Source: Klebsormidium nitens (Eukaryota > Plantae > Klebsormidiophyceae). Taken from it: DNA of 37,071 nt. A program made the position numbers and the translations under genes. Shown piece by piece: positions 21,847 through 34,357 of the stretch. The notes beneath the pieces were generated by a model that was not told the origin of the DNA, ran no database searches, and was given only the letters and a program-made list of their open reading frames with translations. The stretch covers positions 235,009 through 272,079 of the forward strand of contig DF237003.1 in the NCBI GenBank assembly GCA_000708835.1, given 5' to 3'. The stretch's first letter is position 1, and every line of letters begins with the position of its first letter.

Positions 21847-23538
21847 TGCCTTGCACTGGCTACTGACTGCGGAGCAACTGCTACTGTCGCCTTTTGCAAA
21901 TCGGACTGCTCGTCTTGTTGCACAGGTTCCCTTTTGCAAAGAGGGATTGTCTTATAGATGCATGCTCTATGCCATAATTGCTAGGATCCTGTATCCAACC
22001 CCTAGCTGCAATCAACACGGGGCCATGGGACATTGGGTCATGCGGCCCGAGTATACAAAGATAGATGCCGCGCCGCAAGCAATGAGGATTCCAGCCCAGC
22101 CGGCCTTCAATAACTTGAGAATGATATACCTATACCGCTACCGAGTAATATGATCGCCTCTAGGTTTCGGCGGTAACGTTGACCCCGGACATGTCGCATG
22201 TTGACCGTCCTTGCACCCGCATGCGGCGATCTCGAACTGCCGCCACTGCAGCATACTCACCATGAGCAATGTACATACAACTTCTTCTGTTCCGTGCATG
22301 TCCGGCATGTATACGTGTGCATGAGCGATAATCATGCATCTCATATGCTATAAAGCTCTAGCTGCCAATCATAGAATTAAGCACGACTGTGTACGGTGAT
22401 TGGCCGCTAGCTCACTATTTGTGTCTAGACGTGGTATACAACCGTCATAAGTTCATAACGTGCATGGAACATTAGTAGTCCGAGCCTCCACAGCTAGGTA
22501 ATAATATGATTCATGTGGCCGTGGTGGCATGGCAGAATAGCTTCAATGCCGCCTTGCAAGATCGCCATGTCACAGCCTGACTGTGTGCAACTAATGCGCG
22601 CTTTGAGCATATAGTACTTGGACACCCATTCCGGTATGAGCTTCGGCACAACATTCAATCTCTTGCCCTTTGGTACCTTATCCAATGTCTACCAAGATTC
22701 ACCAAGCAATCCTTTCCATATCTTGTTCGATACTAAATTTGAATTTCCGCGTCTGGCTTTAAGACGCCAAAACAACATACAGTGCTTCATACAATCTGAT
22801 CTTTGTCACCTATCCTACTTGGAAGGCATCGGGCCTTCAGAGGAAAACAATTGCAAGCTGACAAGGCTAACTTGGGCACCAGCTCCCCAATTTTCGCACT
22901 GGTGAAATGTGATCCGAGTCAACAACGTTGTACCACATCCTGGAAAAAAGGATTAGAAAGTTGTTGAACTTGATAGCGTTGATTACAGCGTAAGCCAGCA
23001 AGGCACCTCAACGAGTTGTAGCTACAAGTCTTGTAGAAATTTTTCTGGGGGGAGACATGCCTGAATCTGGAAGTACAGTCGGCCCGTTTGGATCCTTCTA
23101 AAACACGTTTCTAAACAAATCTTCAGATAAAATAAAGGGTTTGAACCAGAGTTCAGCAAGAATTGTGGCAACAAGAATTGACCTTGATGATGGAAGTGGT
23201 GCGTTGAAAGCCTTGAAACCTTAGGATTGCTTCTAAATGATACTAATGTACTGTAAGGGTGGATAATAAGCAGCGACCCATGCGCTTGCTACACATGCTC
23301 CATTGACTAGGCAACAATCGAGCCGAACAGACTAGCTCATCCCTAGATCTCCACGCTCAATAAAATGCTGGTATCTGGAGCCAATGACTGCATACTCTTG
23401 CCTCAGCCTCTCGCTTTGGCAGCAACGCATACACTATGCTTCTCAGATTTTACCAAGGCTCCGAATTATGAAATGTTCCAGCTCTGACAAAAAATGAGGG
23501 CTGATCGGACGCAGATGATGCAAAAGGGGCTCCAGAAG

Positions 23539-23700
23539 TCAGAGCGGGATGACCCCCTCCTTGACACCAAGGGCAAATAAACAGACGACGAGGCCCCCCC
23601 AGATCAGATTCGTTGGGTCATAATATTCCTGCTGGTACGCAAAAGCAGTAATGCTGATGCCGACGAGGCCAATAAGCAACCCTTTCAGATTCTTGTCCAT
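23539..23700 (-). CDS. 53-aa two-transmembrane microprotein
   Basis: Intronless ORF MDKNLKGLLIGLVGISITAFAYQQEYYDPTNLIWGGLVVCLFALGVKEGVIPL*. Two hydrophobic segments are separated by a polar loop, and the start context is good (gcgcaATGG). It is below the ORF track's 60-aa cutoff. Confidence 0.7.
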   Translation of the reverse strand: MDKNLKGLLIGLVGISITAFAYQQEYYDPTNLIWGGLVVCLFALGVKEGVIPL

Positions 23701-23948
23701 TGCGCCTCTCTTTCAGCTGCGTGGGATCCGCCCTTTTGTCAAGTTTGAATTAGCTAGCTGGTGAAATTTGAAAACGAAGCGACTTTGAAAAGAGAACGAC
23801 GTCCACAATACGGTACCTCGCGGCAAGCCGGGCGGTTATCGGTCCGAAAGTTGCGAAACGCAGCGCTTGAGATTGACACTACCATGTCATGCATATATAG
23901 TCCAAAGTATGAAAAATGCAAACCGTGCTGAATATGGTCGCTTCTTGT

Positions 23949-24508
23949 NNNNNNNNNNNNNNNNNNNNNNNNNNNNNNNNNNNNNNNNNNNNNNNNNNNN
24001 NNNNNNNNNNNNNNNNNNNNNNNNNNNNNNNNNNNNNNNNNNNNNNNNNNNNNNNNNNNNNNNNNNNNNNNNNNNNNNNNNNNNNNNNNNNNNNNNNNNN
24101 NNNNNNNNNNNNNNNNNNNNNNNNNNNNNNNNNNNNNNNNNNNNNNNNNNNNNNNNNNNNNNNNNNNNNNNNNNNNNNNNNNNNNNNNNNNNNNNNNNNN
24201 NNNNNNNNNNNNNNNNNNNNNNNNNNNNNNNNNNNNNNNNNNNNNNNNNNNNNNNNNNNNNNNNNNNNNNNNNNNNNNNNNNNNNNNNNNNNNNNNNNNN
24301 NNNNNNNNNNNNNNNNNNNNNNNNNNNNNNNNNNNNNNNNNNNNNNNNNNNNNNNNNNNNNNNNNNNNNNNNNNNNNNNNNNNNNNNNNNNNNNNNNNNN
24401 NNNNNNNNNNNNNNNNNNNNNNNNNNNNNNNNNNNNNNNNNNNNNNNNNNNNNNNNNNNNNNNNNNNNNNNNNNNNNNNNNNNNNNNNNNNNNNNNNNNN
24501 NNNNNNNN
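23949..24508. other. Assembly gap (560 N)
   Basis: Run of N. ORFs called across it are artefacts. Confidence 1.
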
Positions 24509-24518
24509 TCACAAATAA

Positions 24519-24555
24519 TTAGGGGGGGTACCACTTCAAAATGACCTTTCCCTAA
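24519..24555 (-). mobile_element. Diverged terminus of the same MITE family (copy 3); the rest is probably inside the gap
   Basis: ttagggggggtaccacttcaaaatgacctttccctaa resembles the end of copy 2 (ctaagggggtgccacttcaaagtgatggtaccctaa). Confidence 0.6.
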
Positions 24556-25009
24556 GCTGATAATGGTTTCAGACCCTACAGACGGTTCCCTTCGTTCACC
24601 TTCGTTACCACTGCCAATGGGGAAGACGGTGAACACATCAATGACAATGTGCAAATGTGCTTCACCCTCAGGCTTCCTCAAAAGCAAAAGTTCAACTTAG
24701 TGCTCTTAAAGGAGCTCTCTAAATAATGTGCTTTGACTACATTTCTTCGTTTTCTTTAATGGCAATGCGATGGCGCCACTAATGGCTGCTCAGAAGTGAC
24801 GCCACGGCAACGTAGAACGATCGTAAGCCTGCTTTCAAACTTTGAAGTGAAGCTTTGGGCAAACTCTGATCCTCTTTTCGTGGAATGACTAGGCAGCAGC
24901 GATGATACAGGTGGTGGCACAATGCCGCCACACCAAGTTCATATCGGATAGCACTCTGAAGTGACCACTCGTTCCGCCCAGCCAGCATTGGAAGCTCAAG
25001 GATTGCACG

Positions 25010-28000
25010 ATGGCACTTCCGTCCTCTGCTCAGTATCTTGTCTCCCTTGCCCGGGGTAGTAGCTCTTCCCAGCTCAAAGAAAGGGCGCTGTCTGCACTCT
25101 GTGCATCCACTTCCGGCTCGTCAGTCTCAGGTCCAAACAGGCGCCACGATGAGACGCGCGTGCATTGCCTGGATGACACAGAGCAGGCGGTTCCAATCGG
25201 GGCGTCGATTTCATCGAAGGTGGCTGAGGGATCGGCAATTCGTGCATGGTTGGCAAGGAAACACATTTTGGCTCCCGCAAACAGGCTTGCGCGTTGCAAA
25301 AATTTTCAGTCACTACATCTAGAACTTGGTTCGGTCGCACAGTCAATTGGAATCCAGACATGTTTGCCCGATAAAACTATTGGTAGTAAGTCCTTTGCGA
25401 CAGCAGCAGCGAAAGGTGATAGCGACCCGACGTTTGAGGATTTCCTGAGCGGGTATAAGAGTAAGAAAGATGACGATGGAGAGGAGGAGGCGCTGCGTCA
25501 GAGCATGGCCGCAATCAAGCAGAACCTGTCAGTCTCTGAGGGGGCTGAGCTTGGACCAGAGGCAGTCAACAGGTTTTACACCCTCAGGTGAGGCCCGAGG
25601 CACTTTTCAAGGTTTTCAACCAGCAGACCGGCAGTTCAACAGGCGAAGATATCACAAAAAATGTTAGAGTCAGTGTATACAGGACCCTGACGATGCAAAA
25701 CACAAACGTGCAAGACTGTGTACTGAGAGGAGTCGGAGCAATCCTGAGGGGAGTCAGTGGTGTCTTGTTGAAGACTTACGGAAGGGAGATTTTTGCAAGC
25801 AAGTTGCTGCATCGGTTTTGACCACCTCAGAGATCAAAATTTGCAGTCAGGGAGCAGGTTCACAATCAATCCATACGTGAGTTCAGCCGATTCATGAGAA
25901 GATTGCTGGACTTTGTTGAACCATCCGCTGCGATCGGCATGTCCAACAATCATTATCATAAAACATCCGCAATGCGCAATTCCCCTGACATTCTCCAATC
26001 ATTCCCATTTCACCCTCGTTTCTCCAACCAGCGAGGAAGACATGCGTACGCGCTTAGCGGAGGGGTTGCCGAGAAGCCTGGAAAAGGAGTTTGCTCAACA
26101 AAAAGAGAAGCGGATACTCGTTCGGCGGCAGGGACTCGACCTGTTTGAGAAAGTCAAACAGCGGGTTGAGGATCGGAGTGAGTGCTCAGTTTACGATGGA
26201 TCTCTGTTTCTGCCTTTTCCGTGGTACAGTTGGTGGTCCCCTTTTGCCGCCGAAGAGCAGTAGATAATTTTGCACATCAGTCAAGTGTCCTGTTTGGATT
26301 GTCCAGCTTATCTGGCTTCTCCGTCAAAACATCCATTCTGAGAATGTTTGGAACACCTTTTTTGCGCAGGCCCAATGTTTACTTTTGGCCTAAAGGTTTT
26401 TGAGGACCCCAAACTCATCCTTGTGCCGTTTCGTGACAAAAGCTGGATGAGAACTTGCTGATGTTTCTACAAACCCAGATTCATTCACAATCCAGCATTC
26501 TCTTGAAGGAAGCTCCCTTTCCCCCGCAGAAGAATGGTAGCCCGAATTCATTGAGGGCAGAACGCTGAGGTCGGCTCTGACCTAATTCGGAGGACTTGAG
26601 GCAGTGGATTGTCCAAAGCAGACTTTTTTTGCTGCCTTGAGGGAGTAGATCCACTCTCCCTCGCCAGAAGATACGTACACCACACTCCCCTTTTTGCTCA
26701 TCTATTGCTAACATCTATCTGTCTTTCCCCCCTGCAGAGTCTTACCAGTACCGAGCGCTGGTTCTGAAAGGCCCCAAGGGAAGCGGCAAGTCGTCCTTGC
26801 TCGCACTGCTGGTGCATCAGTGCCGCTCCGCCGGCTGGTTAGCGCTCTACGTGCCCTCGGGAACGTCGTGGATCTCGGGGTGGTTCTACGGCAAGGATGA
26901 GAAGTCGGGCTTCTTTGACACGCCGGTGCAAGCCGAAAAGGCGCTTAAGGTGAGGGTTTGGAGACTCTTTTGGGCCTCTTTCTTCTTTACGACCACTGAT
27001 TGAAAAAGCACACGGGAAAATGAGAGGCCATTTTGGTCTTGAGTCACGTGGCTTCTTTAATAACGGGCGTTCGCCTTAAACCTCACGGAGTTTTGGTATA
27101 AACTCCCAAAGGACTCATTGCGCACTTTCCATTCTCGAACACCACCTTCTGAAGCACACCTTGAGAGAACGATAAGTTTCTCGTTTCAAGCACCTAAACT
27201 TCGTGTGGTGAGTAGTGCATCCGAGAGCCTCTGACATCTCCTCACACGTTAACAACTTGGCTTCTCAGCTTTGGCCCCTCCTGTCCCACTGCCGTCTTTC
27301 ATCCTTTTCAACCAGACTCTACACTGTTTTTCTTCTTCGAGTACAACCTGCCTCGTGACGTAAGCCTTTCGCCATCGACCTGTTACAAACCATCGAGATT
27401 GCACCAATGACCATTTTCGAGGCAGTGTTTGACGTGTAAGGGCAACGGCACTGATATCGGTCTTGTAATCGAAATATCCAGTAGATTCTTCTCCTGACGT
27501 TACAGGCCCTGTTGGCTGCGCACGGCGACCTGCTGGAGTCGCTTCCGATCCGGGTCCCGTTGAGCGCAATCGGCCCAGTGTTCGGAGGGACCGCGAGCGT
27601 AGACCTGGACACGGAAGAGCTGGCCACGGGCACGCCTGAGGAGGGCAGTCTCAAGGTGAGTCTCGCCGAATGCTTTAGAACGTTCGAGTTTCGAAAAAAT
27701 TTGAACACGAAAAAAGTTAGTTTTGGAGGCGCGGGCTGCTTGTTTTCGACCTCAACCGCAAGTATTGAAAAGTCTGGGAATGCAGACTCGGTCGAGGGAA
27801 TCTTGGAGACGCGAGACGATGCCAGGTGCGAAATTACGGGATGGTTGTGTTAGTCTGTAGGGGGTTTGATCCTTACAGCCTGCAGGTTCCAAGCGGCAGC
27901 CTCTTTTTCTAACTTAGGTTATTTTCTCCGAAGAGACTCTAATTTCAACATTCTGATATCCATCCACGAGTTTGCGTGTGGTTTCGCTTGTGGTCCAGGC

Positions 28001-31000
28001 CTGTCATGCTAGACGTCACCACTGTACTATGCTGACGTCAGCCCCTTTTTCTGTCGGTCGGCCAGAGCCTCGTCGAAAAGGGGCTGGAGAATGAAGGGGA
28101 GCGCGCCGGCGAGATGCTCGCGCGGCTGCGGGTCGAGCTGACACGTGTCACCGAGGTGCCGGTTCTCATTGCGATCGATGAGGTGAACTCGCCTTCTCTA
28201 CGCTTTTCAAACTTTCTTGCTCCCGGCAGGTTTTGGCACAAGGTGTTTGAGCAGCTTGACTTTGAGTCTACTTGCTGGGTTGAGAACCTCGGGAACGGAT
28301 GCTCCTGCGAAAGGATGACCCATATTCTGCGAAGCTCAGGGCAAGGTATATCAACCCTTTGAAAAGGTAGGCTTTTTGAGCCCGTGGAGCCGACTTGTGC
28401 GTATCGTGGGCCGTGGAAATCCCAGGAAGCTTGCTGCCTGAGAAATCAAATATTGAGAGCCTGTGGATTGCTATAGGAGGGCACGGGATTCCGAGTTGAG
28501 TGGGCTGGCTAGCTAGTCTTACTCGTGGCGCCCCAAATGCTCGTCCAGTTGTGTTTTCTATGTTAAAAACGGTTTACCGCTGAGGCGACCTTCACTTGAT
28601 GGGGCTGGCTCGAGGTTGGATCGCAAGCATTCACAAGCTAATTGATTGCTTGAGGTTGGATTGCAAGCATTCACAAGCTAATTGATTGACCAGGCTTGAA
28701 CCTCATCTTTTAGACGTGGGTTTTCGGATTGAAAAGCGTCTAAGTGCGGACTGCAGTGGCAGGGACGTGTCTACGCGTGGCTTTTTAGCCACTGCTAAGC
28801 CTATGCTTTCCGATGCCATGAGGGTAATCGATTACCCAAGGTTCGCTTTCCGCTTGTGCTTCTCTTTACGTTGATCCTGAACTCCAGTGCTTTTGCGTTT
28901 GACTCAAGAACTGCTTCAGCGGTACTCTCTCATAATTCCTCCGTCCGTCCTTCTGCCTTATGATAGACATGGAGCGTGGGGCGTTCTGTTAAATATCATC
29001 TCGACGCCGATAATTCTGGTCGTATCTCAGAAGCCGGTTTTGTCTTTGCGTGGTGGTCTGCTCTGCACATGACAAGATCGTTACCGGCTGAGACCCACAT
29101 TCTCTGTTTGCCGGCTGCCTGATTTTCTGGAGAAAATGAGGATTTATTTCAATTGTCTGATGCTGCGGAGGCATCTGAAATTATCTAGTAATGCTTTGAG
29201 CTGTTTCAATATTCATGTGACTCGGCTGCTCGTCTTCAGTATGAGTCCGGTTCTCATTGTGTGAGTTCCACTCCAGATAAAGTTCTGCTCGCGTGGATAC
29301 ACGTTTGGAGATTGTGGAACCCTCAGCTCCGAATCGCAGTAGTCAGGAGGTCGAAAAAGTGGCATTTCCGGTCATCTGCAGTCCCGATGCCATGCTTAAA
29401 GGGATCTTATCAACCTTGCCGTTCGAGGTCGAGGATCAGTCGCGGTACTGTATTAGCACCCCTTCTCTTGGGTCTGGTACATTGATTGTATTTTCACTCT
29501 CTCTGCCGCGGGTGTCGTATCAGCACTCCCTTCCCTAGTTCAGTACGTTGTTGAACCTTTTAGTCTCTAGTTGATCTTATATCGTAAGACTTGAACCCCA
29601 TTTTCGAATTATCTTGCTACGCTTGCGATGTTAAGCGCATCCTGAATCCACTTTGTAGTTGTCATCAGAGGCCGCAAGCTTCTTTCCTCAGCTCGTCGCA
29701 AAGGCCGAGTGCCGCTTCCAAAAACAAAGGGACGGATTGAGACAGATTCTTTATTGAAATACAGACACAGTGTTTCGCAGCGCTTGCGTTTCATTCATGT
29801 TCGCTGATATTTGGGGGACACGGCTGAGCGGAGGTCGTTCAGATTGATATGGTCGTTTCCGGTCACTCCACTTATTGTTCCCAATCGATGCGGATCTTCT
29901 TTGTGCATCCCCGGCACAACTGCCATCGTGGCGACGACGAGTTGGAGCCTTCGCCTCTCTCATGGGAGAGGGGTTCTGAGCGTTTTCCCTCTCTGACGCC
30001 CTCGGGGTCCCAGAAAGTTCCAACAGAATATGGAAGCAGCGTTCTGAATTATAGTAACCGATTGCAAAAGGAAAGGAAACAAAGGACAGGCGCCGCGTTG
30101 AGGTTAAAGCTCCTGAAATTATTTTTCGAAAATCTGTGCATGAGTTCTTTAGGGGTTTCCCGGCATATAGTAGTGTTATTCTAACTAGACTTTGCAAACT
30201 GCTCAACCTAGGTCCAGGCCGTTGCACGGAGGGCTCTTTTATGGAGTGCTCAATGTTCTTAATCAGACTCGCTCGTTAAGGCTGGATGTTTGCATCGGCT
30301 GTAGGTTTGGGTTTTCAGCGGCATCGTCCAGAGGAATTGTCCCACGTCAGCAAGCTGCTTAAGTGGGCGATTGTGCAGACGCTCCGAATGAGATCGTCGT
30401 GTCCATCTTCTTGTTCCAGCACCATCGAAATGTTTTTGACTCGGCTCGCCTTTTCGCCTTCTTTCCTTCAGTCGTACTGTTGGATACCGGAAGTTGGACT
30501 TTTCAAGTCAAGACTTCGTGGTGAGAGTCGCTCGGATGGGGCCACCGCACGGTCAAGAATTAGAAATTATACTTGAAGGACTTCTGCAACACTCAGATGC
30601 AGGCTTGAAGAGAACCTTAAAGGTTTTTGCCTGGCGATTACCGAGATAGTATGGTCACTTTTTGAGAGAGTATCTGCACCGACCCTCTCGTCTGATTGCC
30701 CCAAGGAAGAGCGCAGATGGTGACGGGAGTGTACCACATGAGCCTCGGCCATGCTTGGCGGTAAAGTTGAAAGGTTGTTCCAACATCGCTCATGCTTGCC
30801 TGAAGCCACTCGTACACGGTTCGCGTTTAGCGCAAGCTGGAGTCAAGCTGACGGTCAGCAGGCGGTCGTGGCGTCCATGTTTTGTGTTGTTTTTCGGCTG
30901 GACATGCAAAGCTTCTGTCTTTTGCTCGCAAGTCGGCAAATTCTGAATCCAAGATCCGCTTGATTGCGAGTAAGCTGCCAGTGTGCATTTCGATGTTCCT

Positions 31001-34000
31001 TTTCCCTATCTGTAAACAAGACCCACTTTATCGCTGGCAACGCCTCCCATGACCGGCCAGGAACACGGGCCGGTCGTTGCGAGGTGTGTAGTCTAAGTTT
31101 GTTCTTTGGAGTCTCGTTAGTCCTACCGGCGGATGTGTCGTGAAAAGCTTGGTTACGCACAGGAACGTTGTTGAGATGCTGAAGACCACAGAAGGGCAGT
31201 GATGCATCGTAGCGTGATCTTTCTGGCCACGCACGATTTTAACGTCCGCTGAAGCCGAGGAGGACGGCAGACTGTCCAGACGACACGTGGATCAATAGAC
31301 GCCACACTAGTGTTTCCAGAGTGTATCACTTGGGTGACACTGGCCCGAAACGGCACGTCGTTTTTGACGAAGTGCATATGACTGCTGTCCCCTCAGGCTG
31401 GTCAATAAACTGAGGGTTTTGCATACGGAGCTTTAAGATTGGGTGCGCCTGATCAGCAAAGCTTTTCAACCTGTTTACATATGTGTGGTCTTTGCTTACC
31501 AACTGTGTGCGAAGTACGAGATCCAAGTCGCGTGCGCAGACTATGCCTCGTGATGATTGCATAAGCTGCGGCTCAGCCAAAATTGTTCTTTTGGGACGCT
31601 GCTCAAGTCTCGCGTGTTCAGGGAATTGTCGCGGAAAATTGTTCATGGGACGGCAAAAATGGAAGGCTTTAAAGACAATGTTTGGAGTACATCTCACAAC
31701 AGTTCTGGCTTGTCAAAGCCGACGCAAAGACAGCGATATAGGTCGTGAGATATTTTGCAGTCTTCTTTTTAGACATGTGTGCCCTGAAGCACGGCTATGC
31801 AAGAACCCTTCTTGAGAATCCTTCTCAATTGTGTAAGACTGTCCGCTCTGAAGCCGCTGCTGGACCGCAAAGGAAACAAAGAACTCGAAGACTGCGCGTC
31901 TTCCTAGCTAGTGTAGCTGCTACAGGAAGGCTAGATATTCGAGGCATGACTCGCTTGAATATCTGTTATACTGGAGTTAGCGCAAAGTTGGAAAAAGGAG
32001 CTTCAATCAGGCTCCTCAACTGGTCATGTGGAAAAAATGAATCTCCTGCTAGCACGTAACACACTGCAAATCAAATTGCTACTTTTCGCAACGATCAAAT
32101 CTTTGCAACGTGCGTGACTGGTGGAATGAAGGTCTGCCCTCCAGCCGCCACGTTGGTCCAATATCCGTCACTAGCAGCACAGCGACTGGAACCCCAGATC
32201 TTATCAAAGGCAACTCTTTTCAGCTCCAGCCGTTTCAGTCTCATCTGCTAATTGGCCCCATCTCGTGTGCTCTGCAGTATAACAGCTGGTTTGGGACCAG
32301 CGCGTATGGCGACGTCAACGAGGAGAACACCAAGACGAGACGCATCGACGCCGGGGAGATGCGACTGGTAAGTAGTCCGTGCTGTGTTTGTTGATTTCAT
32401 CCTCTCTCCTGTTTTGAATCTGCTTATCAGACGCCCTGAAAGGGCTGAACATGGTCTGGGCATGCTTCAATCGCTGGTAACATTGTTGGGGCAGACTTGT
32501 CCTTCAAAAGCCATAAGTCGGGGTCTTCGTGTTGTTAGAATAAGACATAATTGCTTTTGAACACCCGACCCTTCGCCATGGACCGTCAGCTCGACTGACT
32601 TACCTCGACGAAGGGATCATCGCCGAAGAAAATTCTCGCTAAATGCAGATTACGGATAGCAGCGGATCGCTTTAAGATTCTGGGTAAAGTGTATCCTTGG
32701 TTGTTCCTGTTCCTTTCGCTCAAACCTCAAGACAAATCAATCGATTGAAGTTTCCCCGCTCCTATTGCCGTGTTTGCCTTTTTCTCGAATGGATAAGACA
32801 ACAGCTTACCGAATTCTGTGTTGCCCGTATGGGCGTTTTGGCGTGTGACTGGAGCTTTTCCGCTCCTTATCTTCCTTCTGAGCTTCCAAGTCCACCACCC
32901 AGTAAACATAGGAGCTGAATATCCCCGACTCGCAGGTCCACGAGTTTGGCCTTCCGACGAGCGGCCGAAAGGTTTCCGCTCCTTAGTTCTCTTCTGTGCC
33001 TCTGACCCGACGACCTATAAAACGAATGAGCTGACTTTCCCCGCAGTAGGTCCACGATTTGGCATCTCGACAAGTGGCTGAAGGGTGTCGCTCCTCATTC
33101 CCCTTTTATGCCTCTGACTCAACTACGCACAAATCAAAATCGCTGACTTCTCCCCCGTTCGCAGGTGCACGCATTTGGGCATCTCGACGGCGACCTCGGG
33201 CTGAAGAACGGAGTGGTTGTGGCCGCCGCGAGCGGGTCGCTGGGCCTCCCTGCGGACGTTCGCGACATGCCCGGGGTGTACAAGGACGTCCGGAAGATGG
33301 TTCACCGCTTCGACCGGGAGGAGACGGGGGCCATTCTCACCAACTACTTCGCGTGAGGTCTCAAACTCCGTCTTCAATCTCTAATCTGGGAGATTAGAGT
33401 TGACTGAAGCTGGAAAAGCTGTGCGCAAGATTCTGGCGCATAGTCTCTTAGACGGAGAGGGGATCACGGCCGTCACGACCAATCGCTTCGTGTGATCATT
33501 CTTTTGGTCAATCCTTTCTGGTCCTCCAGCAATTGATTGAAAGTTCACATACATTTTCGGAAAATCGCGCCGATAGACGTGGGGACTGGCCTTGGAGTTG
33601 CATGTGCGCCTGACATTTCGCGTTGTACCCCGTCATGACGAGGCTACCAAAAGCTCCATTCAAACAGATTGATAGACCATGTGGAATAGTTTCGGAGTGA
33701 TCATCGCCTCGATGGATCAAGGCTATTGCACAACGCTTTCGCTTCCTGCAAGCACGAGATCCCCGTGATTCACAGCTTAATTGGAGTCCGGCAACTCAAG
33801 TTCTTCCTTTAGGAGGAGATGAGAGGCGCGTAAATCAAGGCGGTAGTTCCCTTTCGAGCGTTTTTTACGTTTGGAGGCTTTGGCGGGTCCGCTCGTGGTT
33901 TGGTCAAAATCGATCGGTCTGCATCCGCACTTCATGCCTTCGCCCTCTTTGCTGTCTGATATTTCGACGTGGGTGCTTTTTAATTGTGGTTGCTTTCCAA

Positions 34001-34357
34001 GCGTGGCTTCAGCACGAGGCCTCGCCATCAATTGGAACAAAGAATCCCTCCTACACATTACTTTTGACACTATTTCCTCAACCTTCCCCTGACGCGCCCT
34101 CCTCCTGCAGTTGCGGTGTCATGATCAACGCGTCCAAGCGCCCCAAAGACGAGACCATAACCACCGCCCACTTCCTAACTGGGGGGAACGGCCACGAGCT
34201 TCGTTACTACGGCCCTCTGTTTCAAGCGGACCGGCCGGCACTGCCAACTCCGGAAGCTTTCCAACCGCTGCTTGCGGAAGGAGGATACACGGGCGACGAT
34301 CGGCAGCCCGCGCCGAGGATTCGCAACTTTGTGCAATCATTGAGTGGCGAGTTTTGA
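25010..34357 (+). CDS. DAP3: Mitochondrial small ribosomal subunit protein mS29/DAP3, 8 exons, about 575 aa
   Basis: Exons 25010-25587, 26032-26177, 26738-26949, 27506-27655, 28066-28182, 32278-32367, 33165-33352 and 34111-34357 join in frame (1728 nt). DAP3 motifs: GLPRSLEKEF...ILVR, VLKGPKGSGKSSLLA (P-loop), GWLALYVP, FDTPVQA, VPVLIAIDEYN, VHRFDREE, LTGGN. The Ser/Ala/Arg-rich N-terminus is consistent with a mitochondrial presequence. Confidence 0.9.
28609..28688. repeat. 40-bp tandem duplication in DAP3 intron 5
   Basis: ctcgaggttggatcgcaagcattcacaagctaattgattg followed by cttgaggttggattgcaagcattcacaagctaattgattg (2 mismatches). Confidence 0.95.
32910..33210 (+). repeat. Degenerate triplication spanning the DAP3 exon 7 acceptor
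   Basis: gctga...cccc...ag|GTSCACG..TTTGG..TC.CGAC starts at 32936, 33050 and 33165 (periods 114 and 115 bp). The spacers are homologous (cgctcct...tgcctctgac). Confidence 0.9.

Noticed and set aside
23754-24687. Four long ORFs (200-266 aa) in the track
   Set aside because: They are artefacts of translating through the N gap.
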